A program made the position numbers and the translations under genes. 64,000 nt of DNA from Parcubacteria group bacterium LiPW_41 (lineage in GTDB: Bacteria > Patescibacteriota > Minisyncoccia > UBA6257 > GWB1-50-10), in NCBI GenBank assembly GCA_007375535.1, contig VMEM01000001.1, forward strand, positions 39,462 to 103,461. The letters are read 5' to 3'. Positions 48,116 to 58,670 of this stretch are shown here, piece after piece (position 1 is the first letter of the stretch; each line of letters begins with the position of its first letter). Under the pieces are notes generated by a model that was given only the letters and a program-made list of their open reading frames with translations, was not told the origin of the DNA and did no database searches.

Positions 48116-50268
48116 AAAAGAAACAAAAAAAGAAAAGTAAATCAGAAGTCACAAAATCAGTCTCCCAATCAAAGAAGCAAAAAGAAATTTCGCGTGGACC
48201 AAAAATAGATCTACATCCTGATGTCCGACGATATGTTCTTGTTATTGTTTTTTTTGGTGTTGCACTTATTTTACTTTTAGCATCAGCAAATCAAGCTGGC
48301 CCAGTCGGAGAATTTATTTATCAAATATTTTTTAAATTATTCGGATGGGGATACTTTCTTCTCCCATTTGTTTCAATCATTCTTGGTGTTGCATTTCTTT
48401 CTCCTGATGACAAACAGTTTTTCGGATTACCACTTATTGGAGGAATTGGATTTGTTCTTTCGTGTTTGGGATTTATGGATTTGGTTGCAAGTCAGAGCGG
48501 GGGATGGGTTGGAAATTTTATTGGAATGCTTGAGCAACCATTTGGAATTGTTGCAGCAATAATTATTACGCTTTTAGGAATTGTTATTTCGTTTCTTGTC
48601 ACACTCAATCGACCACTTCACACATTTTCATGGTTTAACAAAAATGAAGATGATGATGAGATCGATGAAACCCCTATTATCGCACCGCTTGAAATAAAAA
48701 CACCAATTGGTGCTCCAATTGAAGAACCAATAAAAGATGAGATTAAAAAACCTGAGCGAGCAGAAAAACGAAAACAAGAAGAGGACGCAATTCGTGAAGC
48801 CGAAGGTATTGGATTTGAGGTTCCAAAAGCATCTGCACAAAAAGTAATAAAAAATTATACACCACCACCACTTGATCTTCTTTCTTCGAACGTTGAAAAA
48901 CCAACAATAGGGGATTTGCGCGCAAATGCAAATATTATAAAGCGAACACTCGAAAGTTTTGGTATTCCAGTTGAGATGGGAGAAATCAATGTTGGGCCAA
49001 CTGTTACGCGATACACACTAAAACCAGCAGAGGGCGTAAAGATTGCAAAAATCACTACACTCAACCAAGATCTTGCACTTGCGCTCGCCGCACATCCAAT
49101 TCGTATTGAAGCTCCAATTCCTGGAATGTCACTAGTGGGAATTGAAGTCCCAAATAAATCCGCGGCAATTGTTCGATTGGGAAGTTTGTTGTTATATCCA
49201 GACTTTCAAAAATCAGATGGACTATCTTTTGCATTAGGAAGAAATGTAAATGGAGATCCAATGTTTCCAAGTATTGCAAAAATGCCACACATGCTTGTTG
49301 CTGGTGCAACTGGATCTGGAAAATCAATTGCAATTCATTCGATACTTATTTCGTTGCTTTATAGAAATTCTCCTGACATGTTGAAGTTGATTCTCATCGA
49401 TCCAAAACGTGTTGAGCTTTCTATATATAACAACCTTCCACATCTTATTGCTCCCGTAGTCACCGAAAACAAAAAAGCGATCGGCGCATTGCGCTGGGTA
49501 ATTCAAGAAATGGATCGAAGATATCAAACACTTCTCGAAGCAGGATCACGCGATATAAAAAGTTATAACAAGAGCGCTGCCGAACCAATGTATTACATTC
49601 TTGTTGTAATTGATGAACTTGCCGATCTTATGCAAACATATGGACGAGAAGTTGAAGGGTCAATCATTCGTCTCGCACAGATGGCGCGTGCAACCGGAAT
49701 TCATATGGTTGTATCAACTCAGCGTCCTTCTGTTGAAGTTATCACCGGACTTATTAAAGCAAACATCACAACACGCGTTGCACTTCAAGTTGCAAGTCAG
49801 ATTGATTCACGCACAATACTTGATACTGCGGGCGCAGAAAAACTTTTAGGTCGTGGAGATCTCTTATATCAATCTTCTGATTCTCAAAAACCAAAACGCT
49901 TACAAGGTGCATTTATTAGTGAGGAAGAAATTAAAAAGGTTATTCGTTTCATTATTGAAAATAACGATGTATCAGTAACTGGCGCATCAATTGAAAACGC
50001 AGCAGAGCCAGAAGCAACTCATATATTTGAAAGCTTTGGATCAAATGACGAAAGTGGAGATGAACTTCTTGAAGAGGCAATTGAGGTGGTTCGATCCGCA
50101 GGAAAAGCCTCTGCATCACTTCTACAAAGACGTCTAAAGGTTGGGTATGCCCGTGCCGCTCGACTACTCGACATTATGGAGGAACGAGGAATTATCGGAC
50201 CAGGAGATGGAGCAAAACCAAGAGAGATACTCATTGATACAGACCAACCTCCAACCGAATCATTTTAA
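48109..50268 (+). CDS. ftsK: DNA translocase FtsK/SpoIIIE
   Basis: N-terminal TM helices, Walker A GATGSGKS and a gamma winged-helix domain (LLQRRLKVGYARAARLLD). Confidence 0.9.
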   Translation: MAQKKQKKKSKSEVTKSVSQSKKQKEISRGPKIDLHPDVRRYVLVIVFFGVALILLLASANQAGPVGEFIYQIFFKLFGWGYFLLPFVSIILGVAFLSPDDKQFFGLPLIGGIGFVLSCLGFMDLVASQSGGWVGNFIGMLEQPFGIVAAIIITLLGIVISFLVTLNRPLHTFSWFNKNEDDDEIDETPIIAPLEIKTPIGAPIEEPIKDEIKKPERAEKRKQEEDAIREAEGIGFEVPKASAQKVIKNYTPPPLDLLSSNVEKPTIGDLRANANIIKRTLESFGIPVEMGEINVGPTVTRYTLKPAEGVKIAKITTLNQDLALALAAHPIRIEAPIPGMSLVGIEVPNKSAAIVRLGSLLLYPDFQKSDGLSFALGRNVNGDPMFPSIAKMPHMLVAGATGSGKSIAIHSILISLLYRNSPDMLKLILIDPKRVELSIYNNLPHLIAPVVTENKKAIGALRWVIQEMDRRYQTLLEAGSRDIKSYNKSAAEPMYYILVVIDELADLMQTYGREVEGSIIRLAQMARATGIHMVVSTQRPSVEVITGLIKANITTRVALQVASQIDSRTILDTAGAEKLLGRGDLLYQSSDSQKPKRLQGAFISEEEIKKVIRFIIENNDVSVTGASIENAAEPEATHIFESFGSNDESGDELLEEAIEVVRSAGKASASLLQRRLKVGYARAARLLDIMEERGIIGPGDGAKPREILIDTDQPPTESF

Positions 50269-50369
50269 TTGTTTTAATCATGAGTCCCGCCAGTCCACGG
50301 ATTGGCGGGATTAAGCTATCCAAAAAGACAAATGAGTGATATAAAGAGAGAGCAAAATATATAAAAAAT

Positions 50370-51071
50370 ATGGAAGAAATTACTACAAAATCCATATCGG
50401 CACTTCTCACTGATGCAATGCGGATAAAAAATATGTCAGTGGAAAAACTTTCGCAAGTAACAGGAATCTCAGACAGATTTCTCGGACTACTTTTAGAAGA
50501 ACGTTTTAACAAACTTCCATCAACACCATATGTACGTGGCTATGTGCTAAAGATTGGAGAGGTTCTTTCTATTGATGGAAATGAGCTCTGGGAAATAATA
50601 AAATCACACCACACACAAACCGTTGCAAAATCAGGAGAAAAAGACATACTTCCAAAAAACAGATTTAAGGTTGAAGCATTAAATATAAAAATAATTATTG
50701 GGGGAGTCATTGGAATTATCTTTTTCATATTTTTATTATTCAGAATCCCTGCACTACTTGGAAAACCAAAATTCGAACTCTATGACATTCAAGATGGAAT
50801 GAAGGTGACAACGTCAACGCTGTCAATTCGTGGTACAATAAATCCGTCGGATGAATTATTTATCAACGACGAACAAATCGTCGCCAATGAAAAAGGAGAT
50901 TTTGAAAAAACAATTGAATTAACTCCAGACTTCAACACACTTCATTTCACGGTAAAAGGACTTCTCGGAAAAGAACTACAAGAAACAAAACAAATTTTCT
51001 ACGAGGCTCCAAAAGTTGAAGCAAAGAAAAAAGTAAATGAATCATCAACCGAACCAATAAATATCGAATAA
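50370..51071 (+). CDS. HTH-domain membrane protein, RodZ-like
   Basis: N-terminal XRE-type HTH, a central TM helix and an extracytoplasmic C-terminus. Confidence 0.5.
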   Translation: MEEITTKSISALLTDAMRIKNMSVEKLSQVTGISDRFLGLLLEERFNKLPSTPYVRGYVLKIGEVLSIDGNELWEIIKSHHTQTVAKSGEKDILPKNRFKVEALNIKIIIGGVIGIIFFIFLLFRIPALLGKPKFELYDIQDGMKVTTSTLSIRGTINPSDELFINDEQIVANEKGDFEKTIELTPDFNTLHFTVKGLLGKELQETKQIFYEAPKVEAKKKVNESSTEPINIE

Positions 51072-51075
51072 AATT

Positions 51076-52107
51076 ATGCCAGCAAAAAAACAAAAAGAAG
51101 AGGGAACAAAAGATTTAGAGTCGTTAATGGAGGCTCTCCAATCACGTTTTGGAGAAGGATCTATAATGACACTCGGCGAAGCAGGAGGATTAAAAAAAGT
51201 TGAAGCAATTTCTACGGGATCATTTTCACTTGATCTTGCACTTGGAGTTGGTGGCTTTCCAAAAGGAAGAGTAATCGAAATATTTGGTCCAGAAAGTTCT
51301 GGAAAGACAACACTTGCGCTTCACGTAGTTGCAGAGGCACAAAAGGCAGGAGGAAAAACTGCATATATCGACGCAGAACACGCACTCGATCCAGTATATG
51401 CATCAAAGATTGGAGTAAAAATAAAAGAACTTCTCATATCACAACCAGATAATGGAGAAGAAGCACTAAATATTTTGGAGAGTTTGGTGCGCTCAAACAT
51501 TATTGATGTGGTTGTTGTCGATTCGGTTGCGGCACTCACCCCACGAGCAGAGATTGAAGGAGAGATGGGGGATTCGCACATGGGACTTCAAGCACGTTTA
51601 ATGTCTCAAGCGCTCCGCAAACTTACCGCAATTGCAGCGAAATCAAACACAATTGTTATATTCATAAATCAAACTCGAATGAAGATTGGGTTGGTATTTG
51701 GAAACCCAGAGACAACCCCTGGAGGAATGGCATTAAAATTCTACGCATCGGTTCGTATTGATATTCGAAGAATTGCACAGGTGAAGAAAGGGGATGCGGT
51801 TGTAGGAAATCGAACAAAAGCAAAGGTAGTAAAAAATAAAGTTGCACCACCATTTCGAGTTGCAGAATTCGATATTATGTATGGCGAGGGAATTTCATAC
51901 GAAGCAGACGTTCTAACGACAGCAGTAAAATATGATGTCGTAAAAAAGAATGGTGCAAGTTATAGTTTTGAAAATGAAAAACTTGGAGTGGGATTTGATA
52001 ATATCCGAGAGAAACTAAAGGCTGACAAAAAATTACTTAAAGCAATCGAAAAAAGAACAACAGAAGTTGCAGAAAAAAAAGGAGTAGTAGTAGAAACAGA
52101 AGAATAA
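51076..52107 (+). CDS. recA: Recombinase RecA
   Basis: [12 protein letters not shown] plus full-length RecA similarity. Confidence 0.95.
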   Translation: MPAKKQKEEGTKDLESLMEALQSRFGEGSIMTLGEAGGLKKVEAISTGSFSLDLALGVGGFPKGRVIEIFGPESSGKTTLALHVVAEAQKAGGKTAYIDAEHALDPVYASKIGVKIKELLISQPDNGEEALNILESLVRSNIIDVVVVDSVAALTPRAEIEGEMGDSHMGLQARLMSQALRKLTAIAAKSNTIVIFINQTRMKIGLVFGNPETTPGGMALKFYASVRIDIRRIAQVKKGDAVVGNRTKAKVVKNKVAPPFRVAEFDIMYGEGISYEADVLTTAVKYDVVKKNGASYSFENEKLGVGFDNIREKLKADKKLLKAIEKRTTEVAEKKGVVVETEE

Positions 52108-52140
52108 ATAAAAAAGTCCCCGCTATTCGCGGGGGTTTTG
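52108..52140 (+). terminator. Terminator CCCCGC/GCGGGGG plus a T-run
   Basis: After recA. Confidence 0.6.
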
Positions 52141-52168
52141 CTAAAATAATGATTAATCTTTTTATTTC

Positions 52169-52495
52169 CTATAATTTGTATTTTGGTTTGTGTTGAATAA
52201 AAATTCCAAAAATAAACTCGAAAGAATCTCGTGTAAATTGTTGTTTTTCTATCTTCCAACTAACAACCTCAAGTTTTGGATTGCATTCCTCAAAATTTTT
52301 TATAATCCAGAGAATCGTCAAAGCTTTATTACCTGGATTATCTTTCAAACCCAATTTGATATAGGTATTATTTCCAACCGTCGTCGCGTTAGCAACACGC
52401 TGTTTCACAAAATCACTTTGTGCTTTTGAATCTTTTGGAAAAATTACCAAAAAGAAAGTAACCAACAACACGATAAACAAACCAATCTTTTTCAC
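52169..52495 (-). CDS. Hypothetical secreted protein
   Basis: Signal-peptide-like N-terminus. Confidence 0.4.
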   Translation of the reverse strand: MKKIGLFIVLLVTFFLVIFPKDSKAQSDFVKQRVANATTVGNNTYIKLGLKDNPGNKALTILWIIKNFEECNPKLEVVSWKIEKQQFTRDSFEFIFGIFIQHKPKYKL

Positions 52496-52540
52496 TTCTA
52501 CTCCTTATTTAGTTAATTAAAGAATAAATAATTTATAGAA

Positions 52541-53359
52541 CTAAATGACATTTTCGTCAACATTATTACATTTATAAAAGTTTTCAAATAATTTTGCCAC
52601 AAGTATTGGTCCGGTTCCCCCTGGGGTCGGCGTATAGAAAAAATTATCCGTTGTTGGTTTGAGTAGATCTCCACATAATTTCCCGTCGATAAACGAACAT
52701 CCAAAATCAATAACGAGCACACCGTTTTTTATCATTCCCTCATTCACAATATTTGGAACACCAGTTCCGAGTATAACTACGTCAGCATCTTTTATCTTTG
52801 ATAAATCATCTCCTTTGTCGAGAATTACCAATTGTTTTCCTTGCAATCGTAAATAATCAGAAATTGGCTTTCCCACTAAAAAACCGTTTCCCACAACCAC
52901 AAATGTTTCATGTGAAACATTTCCAAGAACCTGGTAGTGCGATAAAACCTCACAAAACGTGGATACTGACGGCGGAAGAATCCTCTGATCAGTTAAGAAC
53001 TGCCCATATGCAGACTCCGACAATACATCTAGATCCTTCTCTTTTGGCATAGAGTTTACTATTCGCCTTCTATCCAAATGAGAGGGAAGTGGAAGCTGAA
53101 CAATCAAGCCACCACACGTTTTTCCATGTCCAATTATTCCAATTTTTTTTCTTAATTCATCAACTTCTATCGATTCAGCAAATTGATAGGCTCGAAAATC
53201 AATATTAAGAACTTCTGCTATTTTCCTTTTCTGCTCCACAAATTTCTTTGATGCAGCATTCTCTCCAACAATAATAACCCCAAGGAATCTCTTTGGTGTT
53301 GGATGCTTTACTAATCTATCAATAATTTCTTTTGCAATTTTTCTTCCGTCTATAATCAC
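52541..53359 (-). CDS. folD: Bifunctional methylene-THF dehydrogenase / methenyl-THF cyclohydrolase
   Basis: N-terminus IIDGRKIA, and the motifs VVILGTG and PGGTGP. Confidence 0.8.
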   Translation of the reverse strand: MIIDGRKIAKEIIDRLVKHPTPKRFLGVIIVGENAASKKFVEQKRKIAEVLNIDFRAYQFAESIEVDELRKKIGIIGHGKTCGGLIVQLPLPSHLDRRRIVNSMPKEKDLDVLSESAYGQFLTDQRILPPSVSTFCEVLSHYQVLGNVSHETFVVVGNGFLVGKPISDYLRLQGKQLVILDKGDDLSKIKDADVVILGTGVPNIVNEGMIKNGVLVIDFGCSFIDGKLCGDLLKPTTDNFFYTPTPGGTGPILVAKLFENFYKCNNVDENVI

Positions 53360-53404
53360 CCGGTTATAGTATCGTTTAATAAAAAACTCCGCAAATGCGG
53401 AGTG

Positions 53405-53776
53405 TTAAACACATAAATTAATCCCACAAATCTTTGCAGATTTTTCAATTTTTTCTCTCTCAAGCGCAACACCCAAACCGGTAATCGCGTATGCTTGTCG
53501 AATTCTACCCTCATTCAAACCAAGATTTAAATAGCGTAAGTGCTTCTCTTGAGTGTTCTTTTTATTTTCAATATAGAGAGAAAATAATCTAAAGACTTTT
53601 TTTATGTCCTGATCAAAAGTTTCACTATTTGTTTCTTTATCAAGATATTTATAGATAATTTTATCCAACTTTTTTTTGTGGTGTGCCTTCCGCGCTTCTT
53701 TAAAATCAAAAAGAACAACAAACCAACACAAAAAAACAAACACCGACGAAATGATGTTAGTTAAACTAAATCTCAT
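53405..53776 (-). CDS. Hypothetical membrane-anchored protein
   Basis: N-terminal TM helix. Confidence 0.4.
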   Translation of the reverse strand: MRFSLTNIISSVFVFLCWFVVLFDFKEARKAHHKKKLDKIIYKYLDKETNSETFDQDIKKVFRLFSLYIENKKNTQEKHLRYLNLGLNEGRIRQAYAITGLGVALEREKIEKSAKICGINLCV

Positions 53777-53968
53777 ACAAACCTCATATTTATTAATATT
53801 AATGTATGAAAATATTATACCGCTATTTTATTGTGTTTGCAAGTCCTATACAAAAAGGAGGGGGACATACGTCATTATGAGTCCCAATATAAGAAGTGAA
53901 ACGAAAACAATAACCACTACTCTGTGCTTTTTTGCGTTAAACATATTTTCTTAATTATAAAATATTTT

Positions 53969-54541
53969 TTAAAACAGTTGTGCTGGTGGGGGAGTTGGCT
54001 CTACAAAATCATTAAACTCAAGTCTTGTCATTTGCGGTTTAAATTTTTCTGGAATCCAAAGATATTTTTGATCTTTCATTTGATCATATACCATCTTTGT
54101 TACTCGAACATCTTGAGTACAATAATCTTTTAGTTTTTGCATTTCTCCATTTCGATAAAAATCGATTGCATCAAGCCCGTGCGCGCTCTTTCCTACCCCA
54201 ACATTTGCTTCTGCGAGCACTCCCAATCCGATACGTCGTCCAAGACGCTTCTCAATCTCCTCAAGAATATCAACGTGTTGAATTGCTGCAATATTAAACG
54301 AGTAATATTTTTCAAGGACCGGAATATCAAACTTCTTACTATAAAACCCAATCAACATATATGCATTTTGAAAATACTTTCCCGCCTTATCAAACTCTGT
54401 CTCATCAAAACAATAATATGCATCCTCATTATAGGAGTAGAGCCCAATGACAGACGTTTCAAGTTTCTTTATATTTTCTTGACCACCAACATCGGCAAAT
54501 GTGTTTTTTGTCTCAATATCAAATACAATTTTATCTCTCAT
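53969..54541 (-). CDS. RNase H-like 3'-5' exonuclease (PolB-exonuclease-related / YprB-like)
   Basis: Exo I-like VFDIETKNT and YCTQDVRVTKMVY. Confidence 0.5.
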   Translation of the reverse strand: MRDKIVFDIETKNTFADVGGQENIKKLETSVIGLYSYNEDAYYCFDETEFDKAGKYFQNAYMLIGFYSKKFDIPVLEKYYSFNIAAIQHVDILEEIEKRLGRRIGLGVLAEANVGVGKSAHGLDAIDFYRNGEMQKLKDYCTQDVRVTKMVYDQMKDQKYLWIPEKFKPQMTRLEFNDFVEPTPPPAQLF

Positions 54542-54567
54542 TTTGGTTATAAGTCCCCATTATACAG

Positions 54568-55062
54568 TTAGGTATACATGTCGGCAACATGTGAGGCGGC
54601 AAAGCTTTCTGGTTTTGTTTTAACCTCATAATTCGACGCCCGAATCATTCCGACAATCTCTTGAATTAAAACGTTCGTTGGACCGTTTACTCCAACATCT
54701 GCATGAATTTCAAATGTCCATTTTGGTATTGGAAATGTATGTTCTGTTTTTTCAATCTCCTTCAAAAGTGTTTCTGCGATTTCAAGTGACAACAAAACTT
54801 CTCGGATAATTCTATCTCGTAATGTATAAAATTTTCCCAACTCAGTTCTTCTCCAAAAATATCTTCCGCCATTACCCACACGGTGCACAACGATCGCTGT
54901 CACAAAATCCGCCATTTTATTGTGAAACCCCATTGAATCAGTTCCAATAATTATCTTATATTCTTTTCTAGTGTCCTCACGCATATATCTCAAAATCTCT
55001 CGTACTACTGACGAGATATCAAATTCAACACCTATTGAACTTCGAAATAATAATGGCGACAT
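54568..55062 (-). CDS. DUF458/YkuK-like RNase H-fold protein
   Basis: IIIGTDS and HADVG motifs. The family assignment is tentative. Confidence 0.4.
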   Translation of the reverse strand: MSPLLFRSSIGVEFDISSVVREILRYMREDTRKEYKIIIGTDSMGFHNKMADFVTAIVVHRVGNGGRYFWRRTELGKFYTLRDRIIREVLLSLEIAETLLKEIEKTEHTFPIPKWTFEIHADVGVNGPTNVLIQEIVGMIRASNYEVKTKPESFAASHVADMYT

Positions 55063-55109
55063 AGTTCCAACCTAACCCTGAAGGCATAATATGTCAATTT
55101 TTCATTCAT

Positions 55110-55165
55110 AAATACATATTCCACACAGACTTAGGGATTTAGTCTGCGTGGAATATGTATTTACT
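55110..55165. promoter_or_regulatory. Near-perfect 22-bp inverted repeat in a divergent intergenic region, a candidate operator
   Basis: AATACATATTCCACACAGACTA…TAGTCTGCGTGGAATATGTATT matches at 21 of 22 positions. Confidence 0.45.
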
Positions 55166-55249
55166 CATTTTTACGGTAGATAGAAAAAAATCTTGAGTTT
55201 TCTTTGACTCTAGTGTACAACCAATACAGAACATAAAAATGGAGGAAAA

Positions 55250-55609
55250 GTGAATTTTTTTGATAATGACGAAAACGAGGTGATATTAAAGACGGGAGAT
55301 TTTGTTGCTTTTTATTTCAAACCTGACGAATATCTTGCGGCAGCAATTCAAACCGCAGAGAAAAAGATGTTGAATTTTTTTGAAAATTCAAAAAAACAGG
55401 AATATTTCTTTTTTAATCTACCAATTTCACTTGAAGAAGGTAAAAGGGTAATTGAAAAGAGAATCGGATTTACACTTGATTCACTCGAAGGCGAGGAGAA
55501 AAAACACAAAGAAAACAATCTTGCGCAATTTGCTTATATATTCATCCCCGCAAAGAATAAAGGAAAAAATATTATCACCACCGTATTCAAAATTGGAAAC
55601 CCCGTATAA
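55250..55609 (+). CDS. Hypothetical protein
   Basis: 119-aa ORF followed by a terminator. Confidence 0.45.
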   Translation: MNFFDNDENEVILKTGDFVAFYFKPDEYLAAAIQTAEKKMLNFFENSKKQEYFFFNLPISLEEGKRVIEKRIGFTLDSLEGEEKKHKENNLAQFAYIFIPAKNKGKNIITTVFKIGNPV

Positions 55610-55628
55610 TTCGGGGTTTTTTCTTGAG
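55596..55628 (+). terminator. Terminator AAACCCCG/CGGGGTTT plus a T-run
   Basis: After the 55250-55609 gene. Confidence 0.6.
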
Positions 55629-55670
55629 TTTTTTTAGATATCTGATATGCTTGTTGTAGAAGTTTTGGAA

Positions 55671-55743
55671 GGGCCAGTAGCTTAGTGGCTAAAGCACCGA
55701 GCTTATACCTCGGCGACCGAAGGTTCGAGTCCTTCCTGGCCCA
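55671..55743 (+). tRNA. tRNA-Ile, anticodon UAU as read
   Basis: Acceptor GGGCCAG/CTGGCCC and anticodon stem-loop CCGAG-CTTATAC-CTCGG. Confidence 0.7.
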
Positions 55744-55769
55744 CAGAACGGGCATTACAAACAAAATAT

Positions 55770-55841
55770 GGGCGTTTAGCTTAGTGGTAGAGCGTCTCGT
55801 TTACACCGAGAAGGTCGGGGGTTCAATCCCCTCAACGCCCA
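55770..55841 (+). tRNA. tRNA-Val(UAC)
   Basis: Acceptor GGGCGTT/AACGCCC and anticodon loop TTTACAC. Confidence 0.8.
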
Positions 55842-56058
55842 CACAATAAAACATCATATTTCTCAATATGATGTTTTTGTATGAGGGGATTGAACAAGAA
55901 GGGGTGTTGGGGAAACGTTTGTTTCCCCATGGAGGAAGTATTGAAACCGAGTGGTTTCAAAGCGCAGTCTCGCCCGCAAGACGAGCAGTGAAATTTCCCC
56001 TCAACGCCCACACAAAAACAAAAACATCCTTTTCTAGGATGTTTTTGTTTTCTATTTT
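55842..56058 (+). repeat. tRNA-Val(UAC) trailer element
   Basis: Terminator AAAACATCATAT/ATATGATGTTTT, the perfect antisense T-arm GAGGGGATTGAAC, GGGGAAACGTTTGTTTCCCC, TGGAGGAAG, the hairpin TTGAAACC-GAGT-GGTTTCAA, GTCTCG…CGAG, a 20-nt copy of the tRNA 3' end TCCCCTCAACGCCCACACAA (56004-56023), and a second similar terminator. Confidence 0.8.
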
Positions 56059-57914
56059 GCAGTTACTGAATCAGCAGATACCCCCAAATCTTTAAGTAGT
56101 TTATAAAACTCTTCTTGTTCGAGTGTTTCTTTTTCAATAAGTGCCGCTGCAACCCCATCAAGTGCCTTGCGGTATGTGGTCATTATTTTCTTTGCAGTTT
56201 GAAGTCCTTTCTGAATATATTCATTGATCTCTCCATCAATCGTCGTCCCAACCGTTTCAGAATAATCTTTATCATTTCCAAATCCACGTCCCAAGAACGT
56301 CATCTCTTGTCCCTTTCCGTATGCACGTGGACCAAGCTTCTCACTCATTCCATACTTCGTTACCAATAACTCAGCCATATCAGTTGCTTGTTGAATATCA
56401 CTCGATGAACCAGTAGTAATATCTTTAAATACTGCTTGTTCTGCCGCATATCCTCCCAACGAAACTGCAATATCTCCAACAAAATCTGATTTTGTTCTTA
56501 ATCGTTTTTCTTCCATTGGAAGTTTTAATGTGTATCCTCCCGCCATTCCGCGACTTACCACTGAAACCTTGTGCACTGGATCCGAATTTTTAATAATTGC
56601 AGCGACAATTGCATGACCAGCTTCGTGATATGCAGTTACCTGTTTTTCATGATCATTAATAATTCGATTCTTTCGAGCTGGACCAAGTAACACTTTTTCT
56701 ATTGAGTCTAATAAATCTTCTTGTTCAATAAACTTACGATTGTTTCGTGCCGCAAGAATTGCTGCCTCATTCATCAAGTTTGCTAACTCAGCCCCTGCAA
56801 ATCCTGGAGTTCTGAGCGCCACCATATGGAGATCTGCCTTTTTTGAAAGTGGTTTCCCTTTTGCATGAATATTTAAAATTTCTTCTCTATCTTTTATATC
56901 AGGCATATCAAGCATCACACGTCTATCAAAACGTCCTGGACGGAGAAGTGCTTGATCAAGTACATCTGGTCTATTTGTTGCCGCAACAACAATCACGCTT
57001 GTATCTCTTTCAAATCCATCCATCTCTACAAGAATCTGGTTGAGTGTTTGTTCACGTTCGTCGTGTCCACCACCCATCCCTGTTCCACGCTCGCGACCCA
57101 CCGCATCAATTTCATCAATAAAAATAATTGCTGGCGCAGATTTTTTTGCAACTTGAAACAAGTCACGAACACGAGACGCTCCAACACCAACAAACATTTC
57201 AACAAACTCGGATGCGGAAATGTGAAAAAATGGAACATCAGATTCTCCCGCAACTGCACGAGCAAGCATTGTCTTTCCTGTTCCGGGAGAACCCATAAGC
57301 AACACACCGCGAGGAATTTTTGCTCCCATTGCATGAAACTTTTTTGGATTCTTCAAAAACTCAACAACTTCCCATAGTTCTTCTTTTGCTTCCTTAAGAC
57401 CGGCAACATCTTTAAAGAGAATCCTATCTTTTAGAGGGGAGAATAAACGAATATTTACTCTACCAAATGAAAACGCTTGGTTTGCTCCTCCTTTTGCTTG
57501 ACGAAGCATCCACCACAAGATGAGCCCCATAATAACAAGAGGAATAAGTGTTGGAAGAAGGACCCCCATCCAATATTTTGACCCTCCCTGATCTTCAATT
57601 TTTATTTCAATTTTTCCTAATGTGCTTGAAGTTATTCCATAACTTGAAAGCGTTTCCAATAATCCAACTCCTTGTTCTTTTTTTGATTCAGTTTTTGTTC
57701 CATCGTTTAGCTCTAAAGAGAGATTGCTTTCTTGTACAACGATTGCTTTTACTTCATTGTTCGATATTTTTTTTGCAACATCGCTGATGCTTATTTCTTT
57801 TGGTCCGTTTGATTGTGTGTCGATAATCGCACCAAATAGAAGTGCTGTAATTATGAGAAAAATGACCGCATAAATAATATTTTTTCCAAGTGATTTCATA
57901 ATGATAATACGCAA
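56052..57914 (-). CDS. ftsH: ATP-dependent zinc metalloprotease FtsH
   Basis: AAA Walker A GSPGTGKT, the SRH, and M41 motif HEAGHAIV. Confidence 0.95.
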   Translation of the reverse strand: MRIIIMKSLGKNIIYAVIFLIITALLFGAIIDTQSNGPKEISISDVAKKISNNEVKAIVVQESNLSLELNDGTKTESKKEQGVGLLETLSSYGITSSTLGKIEIKIEDQGGSKYWMGVLLPTLIPLVIMGLILWWMLRQAKGGANQAFSFGRVNIRLFSPLKDRILFKDVAGLKEAKEELWEVVEFLKNPKKFHAMGAKIPRGVLLMGSPGTGKTMLARAVAGESDVPFFHISASEFVEMFVGVGASRVRDLFQVAKKSAPAIIFIDEIDAVGRERGTGMGGGHDEREQTLNQILVEMDGFERDTSVIVVAATNRPDVLDQALLRPGRFDRRVMLDMPDIKDREEILNIHAKGKPLSKKADLHMVALRTPGFAGAELANLMNEAAILAARNNRKFIEQEDLLDSIEKVLLGPARKNRIINDHEKQVTAYHEAGHAIVAAIIKNSDPVHKVSVVSRGMAGGYTLKLPMEEKRLRTKSDFVGDIAVSLGGYAAEQAVFKDITTGSSSDIQQATDMAELLVTKYGMSEKLGPRAYGKGQEMTFLGRGFGNDKDYSETVGTTIDGEINEYIQKGLQTAKKIMTTYRKALDGVAAALIEKETLEQEEFYKLLKDLGVSADSVTAK

Positions 57915-57968
57915 TTTACTATACCTGAAAATACAAAAAAAGAAACTCCGCCAAAAAGGCGGAGAGAA

Positions 57969-58568
57969 TTAATTTGTTTTATTTTTTACACCAAGACAAT
58001 ATAGAGGGGTTGGCGATCCATACACTCCATGATCATGAATTGAAAGATACGTTTTTTTATCTTTACAGAAAGTTGCCATAGGAGAAATTATTCCTTCTTT
58101 CTTATCTGGTTTAGCAAAAGAACCTTTTGCAACAACTTCAATATCGTTACCTTGAAAACATTTTTCAAAAACAAGGTGAAGTAATTCACACCCTGTTCCA
58201 TGTCGGTATCCTAAAGATTCCATTTCTCTTTTCATTTTAGACTCTCTCGAATTAAGTCCTTCAGAGAGAAGAAATAAACGAACTTGATACTTTTTAAGTC
58301 CATCACTTTTATGAGGAAAATATCCTATTTCTTCCTGATCTAATGAATGATAGACAAACTTCGAATCTTTTGCTCTTCCAACAAGTTCTTCAAATGTTCC
58401 TTGTTGAGAATTTACAAGCGCATTGATCCACGCCTCTTGTTCCATCGTCTCCCAAAATTTATCTCGTTGCCACGGTTCATACGCAATGAGTGTTGGTATA
58501 ACAATCGAACTCACAAAACTTGATACCTGTTTCGCTTTTTCTTTTTTCGATCGATCAGCCATAAACAT
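57969..58568 (-). CDS. Hypothetical protein, possibly a Cys/His/Asp triad enzyme
   Basis: No clear family. The candidate triad rests on HGTGCELLH and SIHDHG and is weak. Confidence 0.35.
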   Translation of the reverse strand: MFMADRSKKEKAKQVSSFVSSIVIPTLIAYEPWQRDKFWETMEQEAWINALVNSQQGTFEELVGRAKDSKFVYHSLDQEEIGYFPHKSDGLKKYQVRLFLLSEGLNSRESKMKREMESLGYRHGTGCELLHLVFEKCFQGNDIEVVAKGSFAKPDKKEGIISPMATFCKDKKTYLSIHDHGVYGSPTPLYCLGVKNKTN

Positions 58569-58625
58569 TCTCCAATTATTTTTAATGAATATATTTGTTG
58601 TATCGCATTATAACAATAAACACAA

Positions 58626-58662
58626 GAAAAACCCCGCTAGTCCATGGACTAGCGGGGATAAT
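58626..58662 (-). terminator. Terminator CCCCGCTAGTCC/GGACTAGCGGGG
   Basis: 12-bp stem after rpsA. Confidence 0.65.
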
Positions 58663-58670
58663 TTGAATAA

